This document shows positions 50,198-60,171 of a stretch of 64,000 nucleotides of DNA, piece after piece. The position numbers were made by a program, and so were the translations under genes. The first letter of the stretch is position 1; each line of letters starts with the position of its first letter. The notes below the pieces were generated by a model. It was not told where the DNA came from, did no database searches, and saw nothing but the letters and a program-made list of their open reading frames with translations. This DNA comes from Macrostomum lignano (taxonomy: Eukaryota), in the NCBI GenBank assembly GCA_002269645.1, contig NIVC01002034.1, positions 118,456 through 182,455 on the forward strand, read 5' to 3'.

Positions 50198-51166
50198 TCA
50201 GACGCTGCCGGAAGTCGCCGCTCCCACGCTGGTGTCGGTGCGCCGTCCGCAGGTCAGCAGCCACAAAGCTTGCTTGCGGAAGGACCGCATGAAGATGAGG
50301 TACACAATCACATTGGCGCAGGAGTTCAGCGTCACCATGAAGGTGCCAAAAATCTGCAGCGGAGAGTTCACCTCGTATTGGATGGCAGGAGAGAAAGTGC
50401 CAATAAAATAGTAGAACGAGTCGAAGGAGAAGGTTACGATAAAGACTGAGGTCACTACAATTGCAGTCTTTGTAAACTCAGCGGCAGCTCGGTTCTGTGA
50501 CGGGCCGCCATCGGTGTTGCCCGAAGTCTTTGTTCTAATGACGAGTACAATCTTGGTGTACATGGCGGCCATGCAGACGGAGGGGAGCAGATAGATCCCC
50601 ACGAACCAAACGGCGGCGTGAACGGTGAGGAAGTCCAGCAGGACCTTGGAGTCGAAAGTTGGCGTCCCATAGCTGCAGGTGCCGTCGGCGTGACGCACCC
50701 AGAAGGTGACGGGGGCGGCCAGCAGGCAGGCCCACTGGTGAATTCCGGCGATCATGCAGACGGCGTGCACAGGCCGCTTGGCGCGGTAGCGCAGCGGGAA
50801 GACCACGGCCATGAAGCGCTCCACGCAGATGAGCAGGAGGTTCCAGACGCTGAGCACAACCAAAATCCAGTAGAAGGTCTGCGAGTACCAGAGGTAGCAG
50901 GCGGCCCCGCTGCTCGAGCTGTCAGGCAGGCCCGGAAGCAGGTAGAACACCGTCATCAGACAGATTAGACTGTCTATTATCGACTGGTGCTTCAGCACCA
51001 TCAGTGTGATGACACTGTAGCTCTTCGCCGAACTTTTGGCGTAGAACACAGCCAGTCCTAGGATATTGAGCAGCAGGCCGATGAGGACCACTGTGAGCTG
51101 GAACTTCTTGAACTGACCAACCCAGGCCGGTTCCGCTGGAGGCGCTGCGGCAGAGGCGTTGGACAT
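50198..51166 (-). CDS. Intronless rhodopsin-like (class A) GPCR, 322 aa, orphan
   Basis: Seven hydrophobic segments, ERF at the end of TM3, Cys in ECL1/ECL2, NSCANVIVY in TM7, and an N-glycosylation site (NAS) at the N-terminus. The likely ATG is at 51166. Confidence 0.88.
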   Translation of the reverse strand: MSNASAAAPPAEPAWVGQFKKFQLTVVLIGLLLNILGLAVFYAKSSAKSYSVITLMVLKHQSIIDSLICLMTVFYLLPGLPDSSSSGAACYLWYSQTFYWILVVLSVWNLLLICVERFMAVVFPLRYRAKRPVHAVCMIAGIHQWACLLAAPVTFWVRHADGTCSYGTPTFDSKVLLDFLTVHAAVWFVGIYLLPSVCMAAMYTKIVLVIRTKTSGNTDGGPSQNRAAAEFTKTAIVVTSVFIVTFSFDSFYYFIGTFSPAIQYEVNSPLQIFGTFMVTLNSCANVIVYLIFMRSFRKQALWLLTCGRRTDTSVGAATSGSV

Positions 51167-52195
51167 TGCTGGCAAACTTCTTTGGGATGGAGGGATGGGG
51201 GTGGTTAGAACTAATTTTAAGTAGAGCGCGGTGGGATCTGTGCAGAACCGTCGTGAAAGCAAATAGAAGCAGCGAGTGATGAGGCGACGGAAGCGAGCCA
51301 ACTCTGAGCTGACAGATTACTTAATAGGAAGTTTAGCAGAAAAAACCACCGAAGTCAAAGCCAAACACGCCTGGCACTCGCACCAACGAACTTAGCAATT
51401 GGATTGATCAAATATCCAAGTTAAATCTGCCGAGGTTCCCAATTTGCTGGATAAATATGCTTCGATAAATTGTCTTTCCGGCCCTGTCTAACAGCAGAGA
51501 CGACTCATATGGCAGGCTTGATTTCGAGTAGAAATGGAGACTGCAAGCCGAATTTTCGCTCCATGGCATGAGAAGCCGTAGCTGAACGGATGGAACTCAC
51601 CTTTCGTCAGATTCTGTCTTCCCCAGCCTGCCGCCGCTGCAAAATTGCTTTTCCGCAGCCTTGAAGCCCGTTTAAATAGCGGCCAAGCCAGCAACTGCAG
51701 CTGGCAGTCCGCTCGGTGGACCTCGCCCTGACTGGCACTTTGCTGGCCGGAGATATCCTTGATGCAAGAGGCTTTTAGGAGTTGAGCCGGCGACACTCTA
51801 CTGGCCAAATCCATTAGTAGCGACCGGCCCAGCCGATTCCTCAGATTAGCCACACTCGGCTGCATTTGAAGAGTGGCGAATCCTGGGCTGTGCATCGATA
51901 AGCGAAAGCTCTTTTGATTGAATTTCTGCATCATTGCTCGCCTACGACAGGTGAAATTAACTTTGGAGAAGGATGTCGAGTGTGATGAGAGAAAGCGTCA
52001 ATGAGCCTTGCGAATCTGCACGGAAAATGGAAGGTTTTTTTCTCCCAGTATGCAGCTGGGCCAGAAAGTGGGGTAGCGAAAGATTTACAAGGCCTTTAAT
52101 TTCCCAGTGGCAGCTCTGCTGCCGCAAGCTCACCCCGACTCCCTCCCGTGATTACGGAATTTCTGCGTCAATGGCAAACAGACTTCCTACCCCAG

Positions 52196-54861
52196 CACCC
52201 CTTTAGTCTCCCGCAGTCGGCAGTAGAGCTGCCGCAAAAAAATTGTTTCGTTAATTGGAAATTAAACATAACAAAGATTTGGTTTTAGAATCACATGACT
52301 TTTATTTTATTTAACAATCTTAGATATAACAAGACGAGTAGTATATATATACTATTAGAAAGCCAGCACAGAAAACAACATAACTGTATAAAAAGCAGCA
52401 TTTTCAGAAGTAGAGAGAAAACAGCATGACAGTATAGAAAGCAGCATCGTTACAAGTAGAGAGAAAACAGCATGACAGCGACAAAGGAAGCTAATCATAT
52501 GAATAACAGTGTCAAGCAGCTTGTTCCAGCATACTCCATCAGCATGTGCTTTTAGTTTTGCGCCTCGTGCCATGCTCTGAAGCACGGCTCAAGGCACAAG
52601 CTTGGCTGCCCGTTGCAAGCGGCGCAGAGAAAGACAGTTCGCTTCTGCAGGCCAGCATTGCTGCAAACTCGACAGTGCTTTGTTGGGTGTCGCTGTGTGG
52701 CAGTAGCTGGCAAGCGCGTTGGCAGATGCAGCGCAGCAGCAACATTTTGCTCGAGGTGCTGCTGCTGCTGCTGCTGCGGGAGCCTTCCACCTCGCAAGCG
52801 CCCAACGCCGGTATCGCAGATTAAAATTCGCTGACATGCTTCTAAATAGTGCAAGAACGTGCGGGAACCGCCAATGTGCTTATAGGCAATAAAGGAGTTG
52901 CGAACAAGTTGCAGCAAGAGATAGGAGGCCAGCTTGAAAAACCACTTCTGCGTTCTTCTACTTGTCTTGTAGGGCTCACAACTAGCGTCCATCCTGTCCA
53001 CTCCTCCCATGCTTTGGTTGTAGTCTAGAGCTGTCTGAGACTTCAGCAGTTGCTGTTCCTGACCGCCTCGCTGAACCCTTGTAACTTGCACACAGTTGGC
53101 CGAGCCAGCACTGTCTAGCATGTACACGGTCTTTAGGCCAGAGGCTCGCCGATCCACAATCTTCACAGCAAGCAGATCCCACACGCCTAGAGAAGGCGTT
53201 GGATGGTGGGTGCAACACCTGCTGCTTCAGAGCCGCGGGAACGCCGCGTTGTGCTCGCACTGTGCCTGTCAACAGAGTGTCTCTCTGGAGCAACCAGTCA
53301 GCGAGCCGTGCCGAGCGAAACCAGGTGTCACAAAAGATCCTGAACCCGAGGTCCAAGATATCCCGAGACAGTTCTACGACGATGCGTTCCGAGAGCGACA
53401 GCTGCTGCGCATCCTGGCCGAACAGGTTGTTTTGGGCCGCAGTGGAGTGGATCAGAAAGTTCCACAAATAGCCGCTGTTCGATTCGGCTGGACAGTACAG
53501 CTTGATGCCGAGCTTTGCCTTTTTGTTGGGCATGTACTGAAGAAAGTGGAGCCTACCTTTGTAAAGTAGCAATGACTCGTCAACAGAAATATGTTGATGT
53601 GGCATGTACTTATTTTGACAGATGGACTGGACTTTGTTCAAAAAAGGTCTGATCTTGCACAGCGGATCAGCTTCGTTCACCTCCGTGCAATCGTAGCAGC
53701 GAAACCAGGTCATGATGAGTTGAAACCTGTTACGCGACAGGCATGACTCATGGTGGAAGAAGTCCTGATGGTACATTAGATCGGTTGACCAATACATGCT
53801 AATATCTGGCTTCTGTACTACTCCCATGTGCAGCAGAATTCCGATAAACTTCTTCATTTCATTCAGGTTGCATAGCTTCCAATTTAGGAGCTTCCATGGC
53901 AGCTCTTCGTTTTCTTGTTGAATTTGCGTGACAGCTCTGTCTGCTCTGGCGTTTGTCCAGTCGCACAAACTTTGCAGCAGACTGTCGGGAAGAAACTGAC
54001 CAAGGATGGCAGCCACACCATTTTCAATGTTGTCCGGCACAAGAAAATCCGGATGCAGACCAGGCAAGCCGAGAAACTCGGGAAGTGGGTTGGGCCGATG
54101 ATCCGTTTCCGGAGTGGTATCATGCCAGTTATCTTCGATGTTGTCTGGCGGATTCACAATCTGGACCTCCTCAAGGTCACTCTGCTCATCAGAGGAGCCT
54201 CCACTGGTACCAGATGCAGTCACGTATGATTCGTCATCTGAGTCGCTATCCCTAGCCCAAATTTTGAAGGGTTGGATTGCCAGTTTGCATTGCAGAATAC
54301 TGTTTGAAAAATTATATTTGTGGGTAATATTGATAAAAATTTTTTATTGGTTTATCCTCATTTCACAGGAGAAGAACATATTTGCAATACTGTATTGCAT
54401 TCATCCCTTCGAAAACCCAAATCTTATTGTCTATGGCAATCACTTACGTAGAAATGTCTATGCTTGCAATACTTGTCTCATCTCTTTACACTATGCATAA
54501 TAAATAAGATGGATATACGAAGCAATATCTGTTTATGGCAAAAAGTGACTTCGGTTTGTCTATGTAAAGCTCTCACACCAGTCCTGGGCTGCTTCTGGAA
54601 GCATGGCTGGTAGCTATTTTTAGCTGGCTCTGACTCGATCTGCTAGCCATAGACAGCGGGTGTAGTTAGAATTATAATGCAAGCAACTTCTACCGATATT
54701 TTCACCCCATCATACTACTTCCTACTGATGTCTAGTAATGTTTCAAAATTTATTTTTTTGACAGCAAGTTATGGGAGGGAGTGGGGGGAAATAATTTTCC
54801 AGCAGAAGTTTTCAGCTTTTAAATCTATGGCAACAGAGCTGCTACGGGAGGCTACGGGGTG
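52196..54861 (-). mobile_element. piggyBac-like DNA transposon (copy 2), near full length
   Basis: Candidate imperfect TIRs CACCCCTTTAGTCTCCCGCAG (52196) and the reverse complement CACCCCGTAGCCTCCCGTAG (ending 54861) enclose the transposase. No TTAA TSD was found, so the ends are tentative. Confidence 0.6.
52552..54223 (-). pseudogene. piggyBac transposase, full length with one frameshift near 53185
   Basis: ORFs 52982..54223 and 52552..53184 carry VDES, FCDTWF and GGVDRMD (DDD triad) and a C-terminal CRVC...CAAC...LCLEPCFRAWH. Confidence 0.9.
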
Positions 54862-55144
54862 AGCAAAAATAGACGCGGGAGGCTAATGGTTTTAAAAATG
54901 AAAATACACGGCGCAGGAAATTTGAGGCAAGAAGTTTACGAAAGGTTTTGTATTAGATTTTGTTGCTGGAATACGAATATACGAATAATACGAATAATAA
55001 TACGAATATGAAGAATATGAAGAATATGAACTGGAGGTATGTCAAAAGAGGGTGTCGGACAAGACGTTTAGAGCAAGGAAACTGTGGCCCGGCGCGGAGA
55101 AGGTCATACAATACACATCTAGAAGAATGGGACAACAGATTTTA

Positions 55145-55705
55145 GGGCAGGGAAGTGTGGGGCAGGGAAGTGTGGGGCAGGGAAGTGTGGGGCAGGGAAG
55201 TGTGGGGCAGGGAAGTGTGGGGCAGGGAAGTGTGGGGCAGGGAAGTGTGGGGCAGGGAAGTGTGGGGCAGGGAAGTGTGGGGCAGGGAAGTGTGGGGCAG
55301 GGAAGTGTGGGGCAGGGAAGTGTGGGGCAGGGAAGTGTGGGGCAGGGAAGTGTGGGGCAGGGAAGTGTGGGGCAGGGAAGTGTGGGGCAGGGAAGTGTGG
55401 GGCAGGGAAGTGTGGGGCAGGGAAGTGTGGGGCAGGGAAGTGTGGGGCAGGGAAGTGTGGGGCAGGGAAGTGTGGGGCAGGGAAGTGTGGGGCAGGGAAG
55501 TGTGGGGCAGGGAAGTGTGGGGCAGGGAAGTGTGGGGCAGGGAAGTGTGGGGCAGGGAAGTGTGGGGCAGGGAAGTGTGGGGCAGGGAAGTGTGGGGCAG
55601 GGAAGTGTGGGGCAGGGAAGTGTGGGGCAGGGAAGTGTGGGGCAGGGAAGTGTGGGGCAGGGAAGTGTGGGGCAGGGAAGTGTGGGGCAGACAGGGAAGT
55701 GTGGG
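55145..55705. repeat. G-rich 15-bp satellite (GGGGCAGGGAAGTGT), about 37 copies
   Basis: Perfect tandem array. Confidence 0.97.
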
Positions 55706-56615
55706 CACCTTCTGTCTTTAAATGTTGCATTCGGTGATTTTATATTCCACCTGTATCCTGTTTTCACGAAATACTCAGAATTTTCTATTAAATCAACTCA
55801 AACGAATTTTTCACCCTTTGTGGCAATGCAGGTCTTGCATTGTGCAACTCTGCTTCCCACAAAGGCGCATGGACTTCAGCCGATACGATTTGCTGAACAT
55901 GACGAATGCAGTCGAGTAGCGATAAGTTGCAACTACCAGAATTTTGTGGCTAGTACACAGTCTTACTAAATTTCTAAATGCGACATCAAAACAACGCTGA
56001 GTCTAGTGCTGGCATTCCACAACAAGACACTTGAAGTGCGGCCGAAAAGCACCCCACAGCAGTTGCACTTGTGGGCGCTGTGTTTCTAATTTTAGTAACA
56101 ACGACCTGTGGACGCAGATAGAAACTTTTGCCGTTCAGGCCTTTTCACAAACAATAGCTGCGCCTGCGGTAGCCAGCAAATTCAGTTCGTCCGCCCGAGG
56201 GCCCCCAACCGACTGGCTGCTGGGGCGAAGGAAAGGTCAAAGTTTTTGGACAACACTGCATGCAAGCCATACTCGGCACAGCTCTGACGAAAGACTGTCT
56301 ATAATTAGCCTTCCACAAATTCTGAGACTTAATGACAATGCAATTTTGCTTTTGATTATTGTTTATCTGTGTAGTAGCTGCAGTAGTTTGACGCAAGCAG
56401 CGACCTTCTAAATGTTGGAAGCTACCGCAGCGCTCTTGGACTAATCTGGGAAAACAGATTGAAAACAGTGAATACTTGAGCGCAGTGCTCACTCCTGTGT
56501 CTCAATATACAATAATATTTTACTCGTAATATCGATATTATTCTACACACTACTAAGTGAATACAAATTGAATGGCTTGGCTGACGAACTGATTAAAAGC
56601 CATTAAACTCTAAGT

Positions 56616-57733
56616 AATCTGTAAGCAGAACGCATCACCTTAAACCTAAAATCTGTAAGCAGAACGTATCACCTTAAACCTAAAATCTGTAAGCAGAACG
56701 CATCACCTTAAACCTAAAATCTGTAAGCAGAACGTATCACCTTAAACCTAAAATCTGTAAGCAGAACGCATCACCTTAAACCTAAAATCTGTAAGCAGAA
56801 CGTATCACCTTAAACCTAAAATCTGTAAGCAGAACGCATCACCTTAAACCTAAAATCTGTAAGCAGAACGCATCACCTTAAACCTAAAATCTGTAAGCAG
56901 AACGTATCACCTTAAACCTAAAATCTGTAAGCAGAACGTATCACCTTAAACCTAAAATCTGTAAGCAGAACGCATCACCTTAAACCTAAAATCTGTAAGC
57001 AGAACGTATCACCTTAAACCTAAAATCTGTAAGCAGAACGTATCACCTTAAACCTAAAATCTGTAAGCAGAACGCATCACCTTAAACCTAAAATCTGTAA
57101 GCAGAACGCATCACCTTAAACCTAAAATCTGTAAGCAGAACGTATCACCTTAAACCTAAAATCTGTAAGCAGAACGTATCACCTTAAACCTAAAATCTGT
57201 AAGCAGAACGTATCACCTTAAACCTAAAATCTGTAAGCAGAACGCATCACCTTAAACCTAAAATCTGTAAGCAGAACGCATCACCTTAAACCTAAAATCT
57301 GTAAGCAGAACGCATCACCTTAAACCTAAAATCTGTAAGCAGAACGTATCACCTTAAACCTAAAATCTGTAAGCAGAACGTATCACCTTAAACCTAAAAT
57401 CTGTAAGCAGAACGTATCACCTTAAACCTAAAATCTGTAAGCAGAACGCATCACCTTAAACCTAAAATCTGTAAGCAGAACGTATCACCTTAAACCTAAA
57501 ATCTGTAAGCAGAACGTATCACCTTAAACCTAAAATCTGTAAGCAGAACGTATCACCTTAAACCTAAAATCTGTAAGCAGAACGTATCACCTTAAACCTA
57601 AAATCTGTAAGCAGAACGCATCACCTTAAACCTAAAATCTGTAAGCAGAACGTATCACCTTAAACCTAAAATCTGTAAGCAGAACGCATCACCTTAAACC
57701 TAAAATCTGTAAGCAGAACGTATCACCTTAAAC
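56616..57733. repeat. 34-bp satellite, 33 copies, with one dimorphic C/T site
   Basis: ATCTGTAAGCAGAACG(C/T)ATCACCTTAAACCTAAA repeated. Confidence 0.97.
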
Positions 57734-58159
57734 ATAAGATCAGTAAACAAAAGTTCAACCATAGCAACCTGCTGTAAAGCTCTGATGTCACGAAATGGTG
57801 TTGTGACGAGTTTGCATTAAAAACAGACAGTGCAAAGAAATACCGACTGGATGAGCATAGCATAGTTTCCATACAGAAAAACCCTTTGGTTTTCCAGACT
57901 GCGTGGGTTTATGAAAAGAAATTCATTGTTCACGCTTCGCACATTTCCAAATGCATTACAAAGCTGCAGGGCCCATCTGCGTCAATCTGCTGTTTTTTCT
58001 CTCCTCCATTTCATTACTCTAGCATCTGGATGTATAAATAGCCGCAAGAATCGGTGCGGCAGACATGCAGTGGCTTGAGTGCCAGAATAAATATTAGCAT
58101 TAGTTGTCTCCACCGGACTGAGATAGCGATAAGTCTGCTCCCACTTGACAGGGCAGTCA

Positions 58160-58899
58160 ATGGAACCCATGGAAGCCAGCAACAGTGAGAAGCTTCTGTT
58201 CTGCATCAAAGAAGAGCCCCCAAGCACCGCGGGCAAGTACGAGTCGGTAAAAATGGCCTGGGCGATGGAGGATGCACCGATCGCCAGCAACCAATTGCCA
58301 GAGGTTTCATGCAGGCAGGACGTGATGGAGACCTTGCTGCTTAATAGCGATGCTAACTGGGACGCCAACTGGGATCGCTCCATGACTCTGGACGACTGCC
58401 TAAGCACCCTATCCGAGTGTAGCACACAGGGCACCGGCACCAGCAGCTCCACTGGGACTTCAGTTGCTTCTGCATTTGACGAACGGCCGAGAAACTTCGT
58501 GTGCCCGCACGGCGGCTGCAGCAAGGCCTACCTCAAGAATTCGCACCTCAAGACGCACCTGCGTTCGCATTCGGGTAAGCTGCTTATGGAACAGTGGGAG
58601 GCGGAGAGTAACCTTTTCAATAGAAAAAGCAGTTCTCATAAACCACGGAAACGCCAATGGGAAAGCAAATGATTTTCACAGAAGAACGGCCGTTCATCTG
58701 CAAGTGGCAGGACTGCGGCTGGTCGTTTCCACGGTCGGACGAGCTGGTGCGGCACCAGCGAATCCACACGGGCGAGCGGCCGTACCGCTGCCAGCTGTGC
58801 CCGAAGCAGTTCACGCGGTCCGATCATCTGCAGCTGCACACCAGAAGACACCGCGAGGCAGCCGCAGGCTCAAAGCAGAAGAGCACTTTCAAGTTCTGA
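58160..58899 (+). CDS. Kruppel-like factor (KLF) with three C2H2 zinc fingers, 2 exons: 58160-58574, 58682-58899 (210 aa)
   Basis: [48 protein letters not shown] and [22 protein letters not shown] phase-1 GT-AG intron lies in linker 1. Confidence 0.9.
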
Positions 58900-60171
58900 A
58901 TTGCATAGCACAAAAGAGCACTCATGTAAAAATATTCAATTCAATGCCAGTTAAAGCCCAGGTAACTTTTGCTATAGCAGATGTTGCAGAGCTCTCGTTG
59001 CCAATTCAATGCCAAAAGCTCAGTCAGGTTATCAACCAAAGTGTACAACATGCCCAACGTAACTACATGTGTTTTTGCATGAAATGAGATTCCACGATGA
59101 AATACTTGTACAGAGACATGATTTGATGTGGCTGACCCCAGAAGCTTTTATGAGACCGTTGCTTGCTTGCCAATAGATTTTCCTCATAAATATTAAATGC
59201 TACCTCTTCAACAGACAACAATGCATGAAAACGAATCAATGAAACGCACCTTTTCTTGCTGATTTTCACTGCTGGGGATGATAGGACAGTAACGTACGAG
59301 TAGGTAGCGAACTGTGCATAGTAAATATATAATAGATAAGTCTGTATTTAGTTCATGACTCGCGAACAGACGAAAGCCTGCTAAACTGGAAAAAATCTTA
59401 ATAAAACACGCGTCAGACAAGGCGGGAATAAAAGCTACTAAAAAGAGCGCTGATTAGAATGCAGCATCTGAGAGATCTGAAAATCTCAACACTGACTGAG
59501 GAACTGAAAAAAGTAAAGTTTAACTGCAGCAACAAAATACGCACATCGCCTACTCACTCAGCTGCTGCCAGTAGCATGGCAGTGGCATTATATTCACTTG
59601 GCTGGTGATCAAATGAATAAGCAGAAACTGCAAAATAGAAGCAGTAGGTCAAGCAGCTGCAAGAGTAAGATAGCCCAGAAGACATGGATGGTGCAGGTTA
59701 ATAATAGCGCACTAAAGGATAAGACAGGCTAAGAAAGAGAAACAACAGAAAATCAAGGATAGCTACTGCGCAGAGTGCGCGACGTTAGGGAAACTGGGAG
59801 AATGGCATCGGATAAGTGTGGGGATCCGAAAGCACTCAGATGGAGTGACTAACAGCTGTGTCCGGTCTGTGGATTAACGCGCACGCCAAGTTTGGATCAA
59901 AAGAACCAATAAGCACAAAGAGAGGCATCCGAGCAGCTGATTGCATGGCTCACCAAGCAATCATATAAAACGCAGTTAGAATATTTTCTATGAGAGTAAA
60001 ACAATAAATTCTAGAAAATTGAATATTATCTCGTTAACAATAAGCAGAAACGCAAAAAAATAATAAGGTTTGGTAGAGATACTAGCAAAACATTTGATTC
60101 TGTCCTGGAGATGAATAAACTTCATCCCAACGTGCTCTGCACTTTATTCCTGTCCGTACCGGGCGCTGAGC

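Noticed and set aside
55042-55969. ORFs of PTLPC, GQGSV, APHFP, PHTSL and WGREV repeats
   Set aside because: A 15-bp stop-free satellite is open in multiple frames, so these are not evidence of coding.
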